A model generated the notes under the pieces. The model had not been told where the DNA came from. It saw only the letters and a program-made list of their open reading frames with translations, and made no database searches. The translations under genes were made by a program, and so were the position numbers. A stretch of 53,187 nt of DNA, the filler included, from Trypethelium eluteriae (Eukaryota), in the NCBI GenBank assembly GCA_051942245.1. It is 2 parts of 2 records of this genome, joined end to end, with 100 filler letters (N's around TTAATTAATTAA, not from the genome) between each part and the next. Parts side by side here need not be neighbours in the genome. Positions count along the whole stretch, not along the records: positions 1 to 26,549 come from JAVECL010000350.1; positions 26,650 to 53,187 come from JAVECL010000351.1. One strand, given 5' to 3'. Of the stretch, positions 22,036-32,416 are shown in pieces (position 1 is the stretch's first letter; every line of letters starts with the position of its first letter).

Positions 22036-23407
22036 CTACAAGCGATCTCCAACATCCGCTCCGAGACTTCTTTCTAGCTCAATTGTCTGCATGGGAAGGC
22101 TTTCGCCGCCACCATTTGTTGCCGCCCTCCCATAGACTTGAGGTACCAGACTGTGTTCCTCGTCCATAGGATAGAATGGTCTTAGTTTCTGGACCTTGGT
22201 ATGCTGAAACCTATTTTGAGCGCTCAGAAAACTGTCGGTCTGGTCGCTTGACCTGGAGCGCAGAGACAATAGACCACGGATGCTGGCAATGGTGCTGTAT
22301 AGAGATTGTCGATTTATGACTGGTCTCAAGGTTGGCAGGCAGGCACATATTACACCAACACATGGCTCAACGGAGGACCACAGAATAATATCGCCGAGGT
22401 TATCTGCTGTGTGTTAATCTCAGTCTCAAATAGAAAGAAGCATGAAACCATACATGTCAGATCTTCTTGCTCTTCTTGTGATGGGTTTAGATGGATTGCA
22501 AGATAGTATAACCTTACTATGCTTGCAACGCAAACGCTATAGCTGTATTTAGCGCATGGACTGCTCTAACCAACTACGGTAGGGATTGGGACAACATACA
22601 ATGCTCCCAATAAGAAGATGCCGCTCACAACCAGCTTCTGTGAAGGACACATTTGGAGTCGCCAGACAACAAAAAGAGGGAGACAGAGTGTCACGATATC
22701 CAAAGTAATCTCCAGGGCAGAGTTCGCAGTATACATGTCATCCAAACGTATTGTTCTACCATGTGCATTGGAGCTACCGTGTGAAGCCCAATTGTTGCTT
22801 ATCGGGATAGTCTGGAAGAGAGTCGCAAAGGAGAATGTAACAAACCAGGCGAGGACGAAGCCGCATACTATCGAGACAGTGACTTTGAAGCGTGGCGTTG
22901 GAAATATCCGTCGGTAGAACAGGAGTATTGACAGCTTGATGAGAGTGACTGATGTTATGTAAACAAATTGCAGAGCGAAGATAAACTAAGTCAAGTTATT
23001 AGCCTCTAAACTCTGCTCATGTATTTTCAATCAACGACCTTACCTTGAAAAATACATGAGTCTCTTCTGCTGAAATATCCCTCATATGATGACCGACTCC
23101 TCCAGAGATAGCCGCTTCAAACAAATTCGTGAGTATCTAAGGGCTGAAACAAAGCTTGACGGGGTAGAATGTACCTGCGATGTAGCCACCTGAACCACAC
23201 AATACGACAAACTATGGACAATTAGAGTTTCTTAGGTACGGTCAGTTTCAGAGGAGATACCAGAGATATGATGATAAAGTAATCATCGATACTGAGTGAT
23301 TGCTTTCTTGAACGGTGCGCCAATATGCGAAGCGAAACAGCCGCGATATCAATCAGATCCAGGACAATGTTCGTTACAACGATAGCAATGGATGATCTAG
23401 TCAACAT
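22036..23407 (-). CDS. PTH11-like integral membrane protein (fungal rhodopsin domain, no CFEM), multi-exon
   Basis: Spliced motifs are AVSLRILA..SLSIDDYFIIISL, GGVGHHM, LIKLSILLFYRRIF, DIVTLCLPLFVVWRLQM...KLVVSGIFLLG, ASIVRL and WSSVEPCVGVICACLPTLRP. Confidence 0.9.
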
Positions 23408-24179
23408 TTTTATGGTGAGTGAGTGAGAATCTGATGGTAGCAGAGGTAAACTCAGAAGATTTGATGTGGCGGACACAAAGATAGAGTATCACAGGGACTG
23501 CTTCAAATAATAGGCCAGAAACCCTTGTCAAATCGACGCGATGCAGCAATGTGCCTAGACTTCTCCAGAAGAGATGCCAGGGCTTTCCCTGGAGGCTGGT
23601 GTATCGTAGAATATGTGCCTAGAAAGCAGGGTTCATTTATGCATGGTTGCGGCGTATATGTTTGTCTCATGCCCGGAGTTGATCTCCAGGCGAGATGTTG
23701 GGTATGGTCGAATCTGTTTGACCTTGCATGAGGTACAGGGTTTGCAGTGTGCATCTTCGTCTTATACCCGCAGTTGATCTCTAGACGAGACTGGAGGCAA
23801 GCTCAAATCCGTTCAATCTTCCATTTGATACAGATATCGAGCGGTAAAACGAAAGATTCGGAATGCTGGTATTGGTTGGCCTGATGCACGTGTACAGTCA
23901 ACGTGCTGTATTAGCGTGTACCGATTTCAGTACACGGATGGAGGCCCGAGAACAAAGACAGGTTTGCCTGACGGACGATGCATACTCGCCTGAGTTGACG
24001 ATTGCGTGTTTTGAGCTTAAAAGAAATTTTATAGCCTTAACGTGATTTACAAGGCGACACATCGGCACTGGTGTCAATGTACAGGCCAGACTCAAGGTAA
24101 TAGACTGGATACTGTCGACTTCGCTTGCCAGCTGAAAGACGGCCCCCTGGGTCCATTAGTACAAGGCATTGTAGTTATA

Positions 24180-24921
24180 TTATAGGCGGTGACAGGTATG
24201 CTCCATTCCCCACCCATCCACAGCAGGTGCTCCACCGTCAACCCCTGGCTGAAGTCTCTGCAAATTTGGATCGGCAGCGCACATAGATGGTTGACGGATG
24301 CAATTAAAGCAATGCTTGGTATGCTCGGAAGAATCCGAATGTCGGGATGTCCTAGTGCCCTGCTATCAACATGGTGTGGAGATGTGTGACGTTTGAGTGT
24401 AGTGTAGTATGTTGAGCCAAAAAGGCGACCTCGTGAAAGGCCTGTAATCATCTCACGTTGCCTGAAATAGTGTTCAATACGAAGTTCATTCCGGCACAGT
24501 TTTGGTCAGAAACACATTGTAAATTGCGGCCCTGGATAGCTCGCACCAAGCAGTGAATATGGTGTAAAACGGATACTGCACGTATTTCGGACGTTGATAC
24601 TCCGTAGGATCTCTTCGGGATGACCTTCATCATATTCAGGGGTCCTTAAGGGAGACAAAGTCGCGACCCACTTGCCGAATAAGCCCAGACGCGTATGAAG
24701 ACGTGAAAATCTTTACCAGGTATGAGACCAGCCCACGCCTTATCCGTTTCAGGTGTGGGCGCTTCCATATTCAGGTAAAACGTACTTATGCTCAACTCTG
24801 GTATCTCCTTCTCTGTTCGCCAGCGGAACATGTCAACAAGCATGCTGCCAGGGTTTGCCGCCCGTGCGGCTGGGACTGGAAAGCTGGTTCTCAAAATGAA
24901 TCCTACCGCTGCATAAATCAC
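24180..24921 (-). pseudogene. ustYa/DUF3328-family oxidase, degraded
   Basis: An N-terminal hydrophobic segment and PTPETDKAWAGLIP precede AVSVLHHIHCL and EHTKHCFNCIRQPSMCAADPNL...DGWGMEHTC (two HxxHC motifs). Stops and frame changes occur between and after the blocks. Boundaries are approximate. Confidence 0.8.
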
Positions 24922-25028
24922 GCAACCTAGGTAGAGCGGCCCCTCATAGTGCTCGTATATTTTCTCTGAACCACCTCATGGACCTTCAAACGAAGCTCGA
25001 CGTCACATGAGAAATGGTAGATCATCTC

Positions 25029-25215
25029 CTACCTTACGGCGGCTGGGGGGTTCCTCAACTGGTAATTAATACAATGTTATTTTGACTTTGCTGTTATGAC
25101 CTTGTTGGCCCATGTTAACACCGCCTTAACATAGGCCAACATGGTTATAACAGTTAAACTGAGGTAACATTGTATTAATTACCAGTTGAAGAACCCCCCA
25201 GCCGCCGTAAGGTAG
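25029..25215. mobile_element. Foldback/hairpin element (MITE-like): 90-bp inverted arms with a 7-nt loop
   Basis: Arm 25029-25118 (CTACCTTACGGCGGCTGGGGGGTTC...GGCCCATGTTAA) is the near-exact reverse complement of 25126-25215. The loop is CACCGCC and TA dinucleotides lie at the termini. Confidence 0.8.
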
Positions 25216-26130
25216 ACTGAAGAGTTGGGAAGCTGACACCATGTTCTCGCGGTGAAGATACTTGAGTTGTAAGAGTAGCATGGTAGCGAACAAAGGCCCA
25301 AGCTCAATACTATTCATAGCTGCTCTGAATAAGCAATGATCATTCAACAGCTACGTCACCCTCTTACGCACCACAGTGATAGACATAATGGTTCAGAACG
25401 CACCGACCTGGCGTGCAAGGTGGCGTCATATTGGTGCTCGGTTCTTTCATGAAGGTAAACGCAGAGCAGATCTATATATCCATTCCATTACTGGACAGTC
25501 GGTAATAAGACTCCAGAAAACGCTGAGCTGCAATGTAACACCATTCCGTATTTTCGGGACGAGTCCTGGAAAGGTAAATGCAGCCTACGATAACACTGGT
25601 CATATCCAATCTATTTACCAAAAGCTACTTCGCAGACGACGCTGCCAATTTGCTCACGGATTTTGCTCCACCTCGGGGGTAACGTCAATCTTGGAGGGCC
25701 AACGTTCGCGATAGAAACAGGGTAATTAGGATGAAGGACTAGGCTCTCGTTACTAACCAGTAGGGTATGGGGTTGGTGATAAGAGTAACAGCATTAGGAT
25801 TGAATGAATTGATTTTGGCGCTTGTGCAATTATCGTGTCAATCCAGAACAGTACTGTAGTATACATACGTGGCGTTTTATGAGGCTCTCTGGCTTTCATG
25901 TTCTTGAATTTTTGTTAGTGAAAAATAAAAAAAAAAAATTTAGGATCAGATGAACATATAGAGTATGGGTTCAGACTTCTACTGAAGCAAATCGCTTGGA
26001 TTGGGCATCAATGTAGTAATAGTTCGATCTCAGATACTGCCTCACGCACAATTTGAGCTTCCACCATGCAGCCCTAACCCAAATATCTTACATCCCTTCC
26101 ATCCGTAGCTCACCGTACCAACTCCCTCCT

Positions 26131-26549
26131 TCACCTCCCTCTCCTCCTCTTCTTCTTATCCTTCCCCTTCGGCCCCCTCTGCCCCATCGCTCCCGTCTTC
26201 TCCGCAATCTTCGCCGCCCGCGCCTTCCGCGCCTTCAACGCCGCAAACCGATCCTTCTTCACAAACTTATGCGGACTCACTCGCTGGCGCTCCGGCCCGG
26301 TCCCGCTCTCCGCCGCGCGGTCCGGCGCCCGTCCGATCTCCCAGTTCGCAGCGCGGTAGTGCTCGCGCGGCTGCAACGCCGCGTACGTGGATGTCTTGCT
26401 GAGAGAAGGGTCGGTTGCTGTGCCGGAGGAGACCGCTTCGTGAGCAGTGGGGAGGGAGGGGATGCCAGCTAGGGCGTCGGATTCGAGCTCTGAGATGGCG
26501 GTGGTGTCGGGGTCGATGCGTGGAACGGCGATCATGCCGAGGCGGCGGT
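26131..26549 (-). CDS. 3' part of a gene truncated by the gap; very basic C-terminus (KKDRFAALKARKARAAK...KDKKKRRRGR*)
   Basis: GC-rich open frame with coding-like codon usage from the gap edge to TGA at 26131. The tail resembles a nuclear or nucleolar localisation signal. Family not recognised. Confidence 0.65.
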
Positions 26550-26649
26550 NNNNNNNNNNNNNNNNNNNNNNNNNNNNNNNNNNNNNNNNNNNNTTAATTA
26601 ATTAANNNNNNNNNNNNNNNNNNNNNNNNNNNNNNNNNNNNNNNNNNNN
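26550..26649. other. Assembly gap with artificial all-frame stop linker TTAATTAATTAA (26594-26605)
   Basis: 44 N, then TTAATTAATTAA, then 44 N. Confidence 0.97.
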
Positions 26650-27042
26650 TCGCGCTGGCCGGTGACGCCAACCGGCGAGGTCAGCGCCCGCGCCCGCTCC
26701 ACCATCGCCCACCTCGCCATCGGACTCCGCTGCCTCAAAGTCCCCGCCCAAGTGCACGACCTCGAGATCCAGCGCAAGCTGGAGGAATACTATCGGTGCA
26801 ACATGCAGATGTGGAGGCTGGCGCGGCGGAGTTTTCCGGAGCTGCGCAGCGTCGAGTGCGGGTTTCAGAGGATGGTGGCGCTGCCGGATAAGCTGGTGGA
26901 GGAATACTACATGGGGCTGTTGTCCACGTGGAGGGATGTGGCGTGCGTGGAGGTGAAGGCGGATGGAGTGTGGTTTGAGAATGCTGCGAGGAGAAGGATT
27001 GAGGCTGGTGAGTGGGGTGCTTGGGTTGGCATGTGGGATTGA
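26650..27042 (+). CDS. 3' part of a hypothetical gene truncated by the gap
   Basis: Open frame from the gap edge to TGA at 27042 with strong GC3 bias (...IAHLAIGLRCLKVP...FPELRSVECGF...). Confidence 0.6.
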   Translation, partial: SRWPVTPTGEVSARARSTIAHLAIGLRCLKVPAQVHDLEIQRKLEEYYRCNMQMWRLARRSFPELRSVECGFQRMVALPDKLVEEYYMGLLSTWRDVACVEVKADGVWFENAARRRIEAGEWGAWVGMWD

Positions 27043-28039
27043 AGGGCAGACTATAAGGTTTGATAAGATGTGTTGGAGTTCGAAGGGGAATGCTTTGCGT
27101 CACTGTATACGATTTGATTGGTGCTGAGGATTTGATTGCTAGGTGAGATGCCTTAGCTTTCAAGAAATAGGTTGAGTCTTGTAGGGCAAAACGAGTCATT
27201 AGGGCTGATAGATTGAGGCTTTGTAGGGAATAGACCTGTAAGAAACACGTGGATCGGGCATCATGCAGGGAGCTGAGAATCTAGTGTGACACTATCTAGT
27301 GTGCCCACATGGTAGATTACACGAGGTTTGTAGTGAGATGTCGTCAAGCTAAGATATCGGGAGTAATAATCCCTTCGAACGCTGGCCCCAAAATTAAAGG
27401 ACCTGCTTCATGCTATGTATCATAATGTTGCATACCACCGTTCGCGACTATCTATCGGAGCTTGATTTGCGGCCGCAAATATGTCTCCATTTGGCTGCTA
27501 ATAGTTCACCGGCGTTGTCCTCAGAGACCAGAGAATTAGAGATGAGTAATTTCTAGTCAGCTGGCGAATAACATTTCAGATTCGTGGACATTTGGCCCCC
27601 CCTTCGGTCAAGCTTACAAACTAATACCGAGCCTAACACCTTAGCTGAGCGACACCCCTTTATGCAGCGGGTTAGTAACTGCCTGTTGGGTGGCCTGTGT
27701 AGATGAGGAAAGGCAATCGGATTCCCTATAAACAGGCAGCGCCCTGATCGTCTGATCCCAGCCCTGCAAGCAGATCACTTCCTGGAGCGACCCTGTTTGC
27801 TTATTTTAATTTATCCTTCTTTTGTGTGTCCTATCGAGCCGAGTTACGTAGGCGCGGAACGCTCAGGGCAGTACGGATACGTGATTGTCTTAAGGCTAAC
27901 CTTGGCGGAGCTGAATACTTCTCGTCTGATCTGCCTGAAATCTATGAACCAACGTTTTTTTTGAGATGATAGCTTCGACTATATATCCCCAGGCGCTAAA
28001 CAGCAAGAATGTCGCTGGGAACGAAGGTATGCTCCGAAG

Positions 28040-29327
28040 ATGATACGTAAACGACCGCATAGCAAGACGAGGACGGGATGTTTAAGATGCAAGTCAAAAA
28101 GAATCAAGGTACTTTGACACCGCCACGTTTCCAATCAAGGCACGATCTCACGTGTCCCCCCTTCCGCGGGTGAAAAGAAATTACGATCGGATGCGGGGAA
28201 CTGGCTGATCGGGTATACAGTGCGACGAACAGAAACCGCGATGTTCACATTGCCAGAGACATTCGGCAGTTTGCGAGTATCCGAATCTTCGAAAAACATC
28301 TTCCGCCTCCGAAAGATCCATCTCAGTCACGCCAGGGCCTAGTTTATCAGAACATCCACATGTAGACGCCGATCTAAATTTGACGGACCTACAGTTGCTG
28401 TCGCATTGGATCCTGATTGCCTCCCGGGGCTTTGGTGACCAGGCTGAAGATATGATGGCATGGCAGAAAGATCTCACGGAAATAGCATGCCGCTTCCCGT
28501 TCCTCATGCACGGCATATTAGCAGTCTCGGCCTTCTCCATGGCTCGCTTGGTGCCAGTGGCAGAGGGTCATCATTATCTGTTAGCAGCCGCGCATCACCA
28601 AAGTCAAACGTTCCCATCCTATCGTCAGATCATCAGCGACGTCCAACGGAACATGAGCGAGGAAAATTGCCATGCCGTGATCGCCGCTGCACACCTGATT
28701 GCTGTGCATTCCGCATGTTCTGTAGGTTGTCCTGGGCTCTCAGATACGATCGGGCAGGGGCAGTCGAGCTTGAACGAAGTCTGCGAGTGGCTGTCGCTAC
28801 TTCGGGGTGCGCGAAGAATCATGTTATATCGAAGCGACTGGACGACCACCGGCCCCTTGAGCTTCCATCTCGGTCGACCAGCGCCCGCCATTGATCTGTC
28901 TTGTAGCCCCGAAGACGACCACCTCGCTGCGTTAGGAGGCCTCTTTGCGAACTGGGACGACTCGCCAGGCAGACACTCGCCGTCTGATCGGGACGCGTAC
29001 CAGATGACGTTAACGCTACTCCGGGAGTCGTATGCAACGTCAACTTACCCGCAGCAGCACGAGCAGGAGCGGGCCGGACTGAAGATGGCGCTGCTCGTCT
29101 GGGTGGAGAAGTTTCCGCAACGCTTCTTCGAGCTATTAAGTGAGCCGCGACCGGAGGCACTGATCTTACTCGCCCACTACTGCGTCTTACTGCAGCGTCG
29201 TGCAGCGCGCCATTGGTTTCTGGAAGGTACTGCCGAGCGCATCATGTCCATGGTGTATCACCTCCTGGACGAGAAATGGAGACATTGGGTAGCTTGGCCG
29301 GTTGAGGAAATCAGGGCGCACGCGTGA
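28040..29327 (+). CDS. Zn(II)2Cys6 transcription factor, Upc2/sterol-uptake-like; exon 1 28040-28108, intron 28109-28220, exon 2 28221-29327
   Basis: The spliced cluster is KRPHSKTRTGCLRCKSKRIK|CDEQKPRCSHCQRHSAVCEY. The C-terminal domain has DLQLLSHW, FPFLMHGILAVSA, PEALILLAHY and WRHWVAWP. An upstream exon cannot be excluded. Confidence 0.92.
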
Positions 29328-29449
29328 AAACGATGATTATGATAGAAGAGGGAAAGCATTGCAATTTAGCTCACAGCATGGCGAGGAGTTCTGGGCGGCG
29401 TAGGCTCCGCTTAATACTTTACCGTTGTTTGGTACCATGGCTTTGTAAA

Positions 29450-29475
29450 TGGCAGTGGCAGTGGCAGTGGCAGTG
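29450..29475. repeat. (TGGCAG)4 hexanucleotide microsatellite
   Basis: tggcagtggcagtggcagtggcagtg. Confidence 0.85.
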
Positions 29476-32350
29476 CGAGATGCGAAGTGCGGCATATCCC
29501 GCGCAACACTGATAAGGGCTGCAGATAGAGCTGCGCGAATTTTGCCTGGTCATGTCATCGGATCAAGTCGGAAGTGTCCGTATATACGTCTTACGGAAGG
29601 AATGAACCCGTTGTTCACCACGTGTATCTCATGCACATGTGGCTGCCACATTCGGTCCCCCTGTTCTGGGGGCTAAGCTTGCTGAAAGGCCATCCGTCAG
29701 CAGCATGAGAAATCAGGGAGTCGAAGTATGAGCGCCCAGATCCGTTAGAGCGGTCAGTTAGGTGAGAGTCTGACTTGTACATGGTGCGTCAGAATCACGA
29801 GCAGAGTTATGAGACCAACTTTCTCGATTACCATTCGCCGGACATGCCACTCCACCGCTTCTTGAGAACCAAAGAATATGCAGTGTCTCAAGACAGCTGA
29901 GACAAGGTGGATCAGTATCTCTGCTCGGGGCACCGTGCAAGATATTGCTTTTTGCTGACTCGTATCAGAGACAGACACGTCATAAGCACACTACTAAGCA
30001 CACGATCCGGTGTATTGGTGCTTCATGATTGCCGGTGTATAGGATTAGAGAAAGGATCAAAGTTTGTAGACAATAACTTGGTGTGAAGTAAGAGCTGGAG
30101 GTTCAAACTTTAGGTGGGAAGCCAAGACGTCCATGGGCCGCAACGAGAATTGGAAAGAATTACCTTAGGTGCTTCGGGTGTGGGGCCATATCATCATGCC
30201 TTATGTTAATCTACCTACGCCCTGCAGAGCCTCTGTCAATAATTAATGCGATTGCACCCCTTGTACCTCGATGCTTCCTTGGCGGGAAAAGTTCCGCCAT
30301 AAGCTCATTTTCACCTCGGAGTAAGCTCCGGATAAATTTTTTTTAAACTTCTGAATAACCGAGTTGGCGCGATTCTTCTGCTAAGCAAACGTGTAAACTC
30401 TAATTTGCTCGCTTACTGGCATACTGACCAAGTGACTTCATATTCCAAATGCAAATGCCTGATGTTTCCAATGGCGCTGAAGGAGAAACTGAAAGCCCTG
30501 GGCAACCAGGCACCCCCTGACTGATTAAGATCGTTGAACTCGAACAAAAGCGCAAGGTGTACGGAGTACTAAAGAACCTGAAATTGCAAAACCCTGGTCT
30601 GCAATCAACTTGACTGGGGTAGCACCAATCTATTATGACATCAATGCAGACTGCTGGCAGTGTACGTCATGAAAGCGTTCCCGGCCTGAAGACGGCTTTT
30701 TGGCGGTTGGTTGATATGGAGATGACCATTCTTGCCGGTTACTGGGTTGCTCAACGACTAATCCCAGGATGAGGCTCTTAGTTGTCTGGAGGTGGAATGA
30801 TCCCAGCCAATGCTTAATGGAGGACGGAGATAATGGAAAGTAATGGGTGCAAGGCGTGGGAGGTCAGGCGTATCCGAATTGCCGGAATGCTCAGGTCACT
30901 CAAAATGCGATGCGCATGATCCAAGAATTAATTTGTGCATCCATTCGGCTGTTTGTTCAGGCGATACGGGTTGATTCTCAGTTCGTAGCACAAGGCTCAA
31001 AGAATCCTTCCATAACGGCTTGATGGCCTCTGAAAGCATTTCCCGGTCCGCGCTGGGTGTTCAGAGGTTACTACCGGTCATCTTTGAAATCTCTCCGTTC
31101 CACCACTGCGACCCTGTCGCCGGAAGGAAAGGATTCTTGTCAGCCTTCTTTTAATTGGCCTTGTGGATGGAGACATGGGTGGTTGTTGTTTTTTGGTGTA
31201 ACACAGGAAGCCACACGGAAGGTCCGGACTTTCAGCCAGACCATTTGAGTTGTGCTAATCTGACGTGGCCTCGCAAAAGTCGAGCTTTCGAGCAGTGATC
31301 ATCTGCGTCATCGAGTCACTTGTGGTCAGAGTTCCGACTCACCACACTTCTCAGGACTATGTCACAGACGAATGGTAGCTCATCTATGGAAGGTGCGCCT
31401 TCAGTAACTTGAGATTGTGAAGTGGGCGGTGGCAAAAGGTGAGACTAGGGGTAGATGAGCAAGACACGGACAACCGTCTAAAAAGGTAAATGCAGGATAA
31501 TATTGACAAGGCTAGGGTATCTTTGGAAAGCAACAGTCTAATAGTACACACGCGCTCTGCGCCACGCTGCCTAGCCATGTCAATGTGACCAGAAGGCGAA
31601 ATAGGCACGCCAAAGTCGTGTGGTGGGTTCGCGACCAATGAAAAAATGACCTGTCGTGGGGAATGACACATCAAAAAAATAGATCGCCCTTCGTGTCCTT
31701 TCCGTGCTCTTGTGCTGCAGAATGAACTGCAAAAATGTAGTCTATGAACCCTGCAGAAAGAAATCCCGAAGAAAGAAAATATATCCAGGGCGTGAGCCCA
31801 AATGTCCTTGTCCCCGATCTATACCAAAACGCCGGTGAAAATGACTTTTTTACTGGGGGATTGTTGCGAGACGGATCCGGAAAGCGCATGATGAGTTGTC
31901 TAGTGTACAGAGTCGAAAGCGCGCGACGGGATGCTCAAAACGACGAGGTGCTCTCGAGCTCGTTCGAAAGGGGTATAGGCATGCTGAGACAGGCCGCGAT
32001 GACGCCGATGAGATTAAACGCGAATAAATCGAAACAGGTCCCGACCTGAGGGCGACAGAAGTCGAAAGGGGAAAAATAGCGGGCTAAGGGAAAAGGACCG
32101 TCGCTCTGCAGGGTTGCGTTAGTCAGACCTGCAGAAAGACGTAGAAGCTGAATGTCGATCTCGACGCACCTTGTGAGACGGGCCATCCCTTGGACGGTTG
32201 AAACGCCGCTTGGGGAAAAAAAGGAAGGAAAACCAGCCGGAAGGTGCAATCTCGGAAGAGGGATAAACTTAAAAAAGGAAAAATAGCGAGCTGTTTTTTT
32301 TGGTGCCGACGGGCCGGTACAATGTTTTGCGCGTTGGTGTATGGTAGATG

Positions 32351-32416
32351 TCACCGTGGTTTTGGTGGCGGTTTCGGCTTGGGTGTGCCAGTTGTATCGT
32401 ATGCGCCGCGACCCAT
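32351..32416 (-). CDS. Candidate 21-aa micropeptide MGRGAYDTTGTPKPKPPPKPR
   Basis: Strong start context CCAACATGG. It sits between two canonical introns: 32552-32461 (GTGAGT..GCTGAC..CAG) and 32169-32106 (GTGCGT..GACTAAC..CAG). Confidence 0.6.
   Translation of the reverse strand: MGRGAYDTTGTPKPKPPPKPR

Noticed and set aside
26594..26605. TTAATTAATTAA palindrome as a biological motif
   Set aside because: Embedded in Ns; it is a scaffolding linker with stops in all frames.
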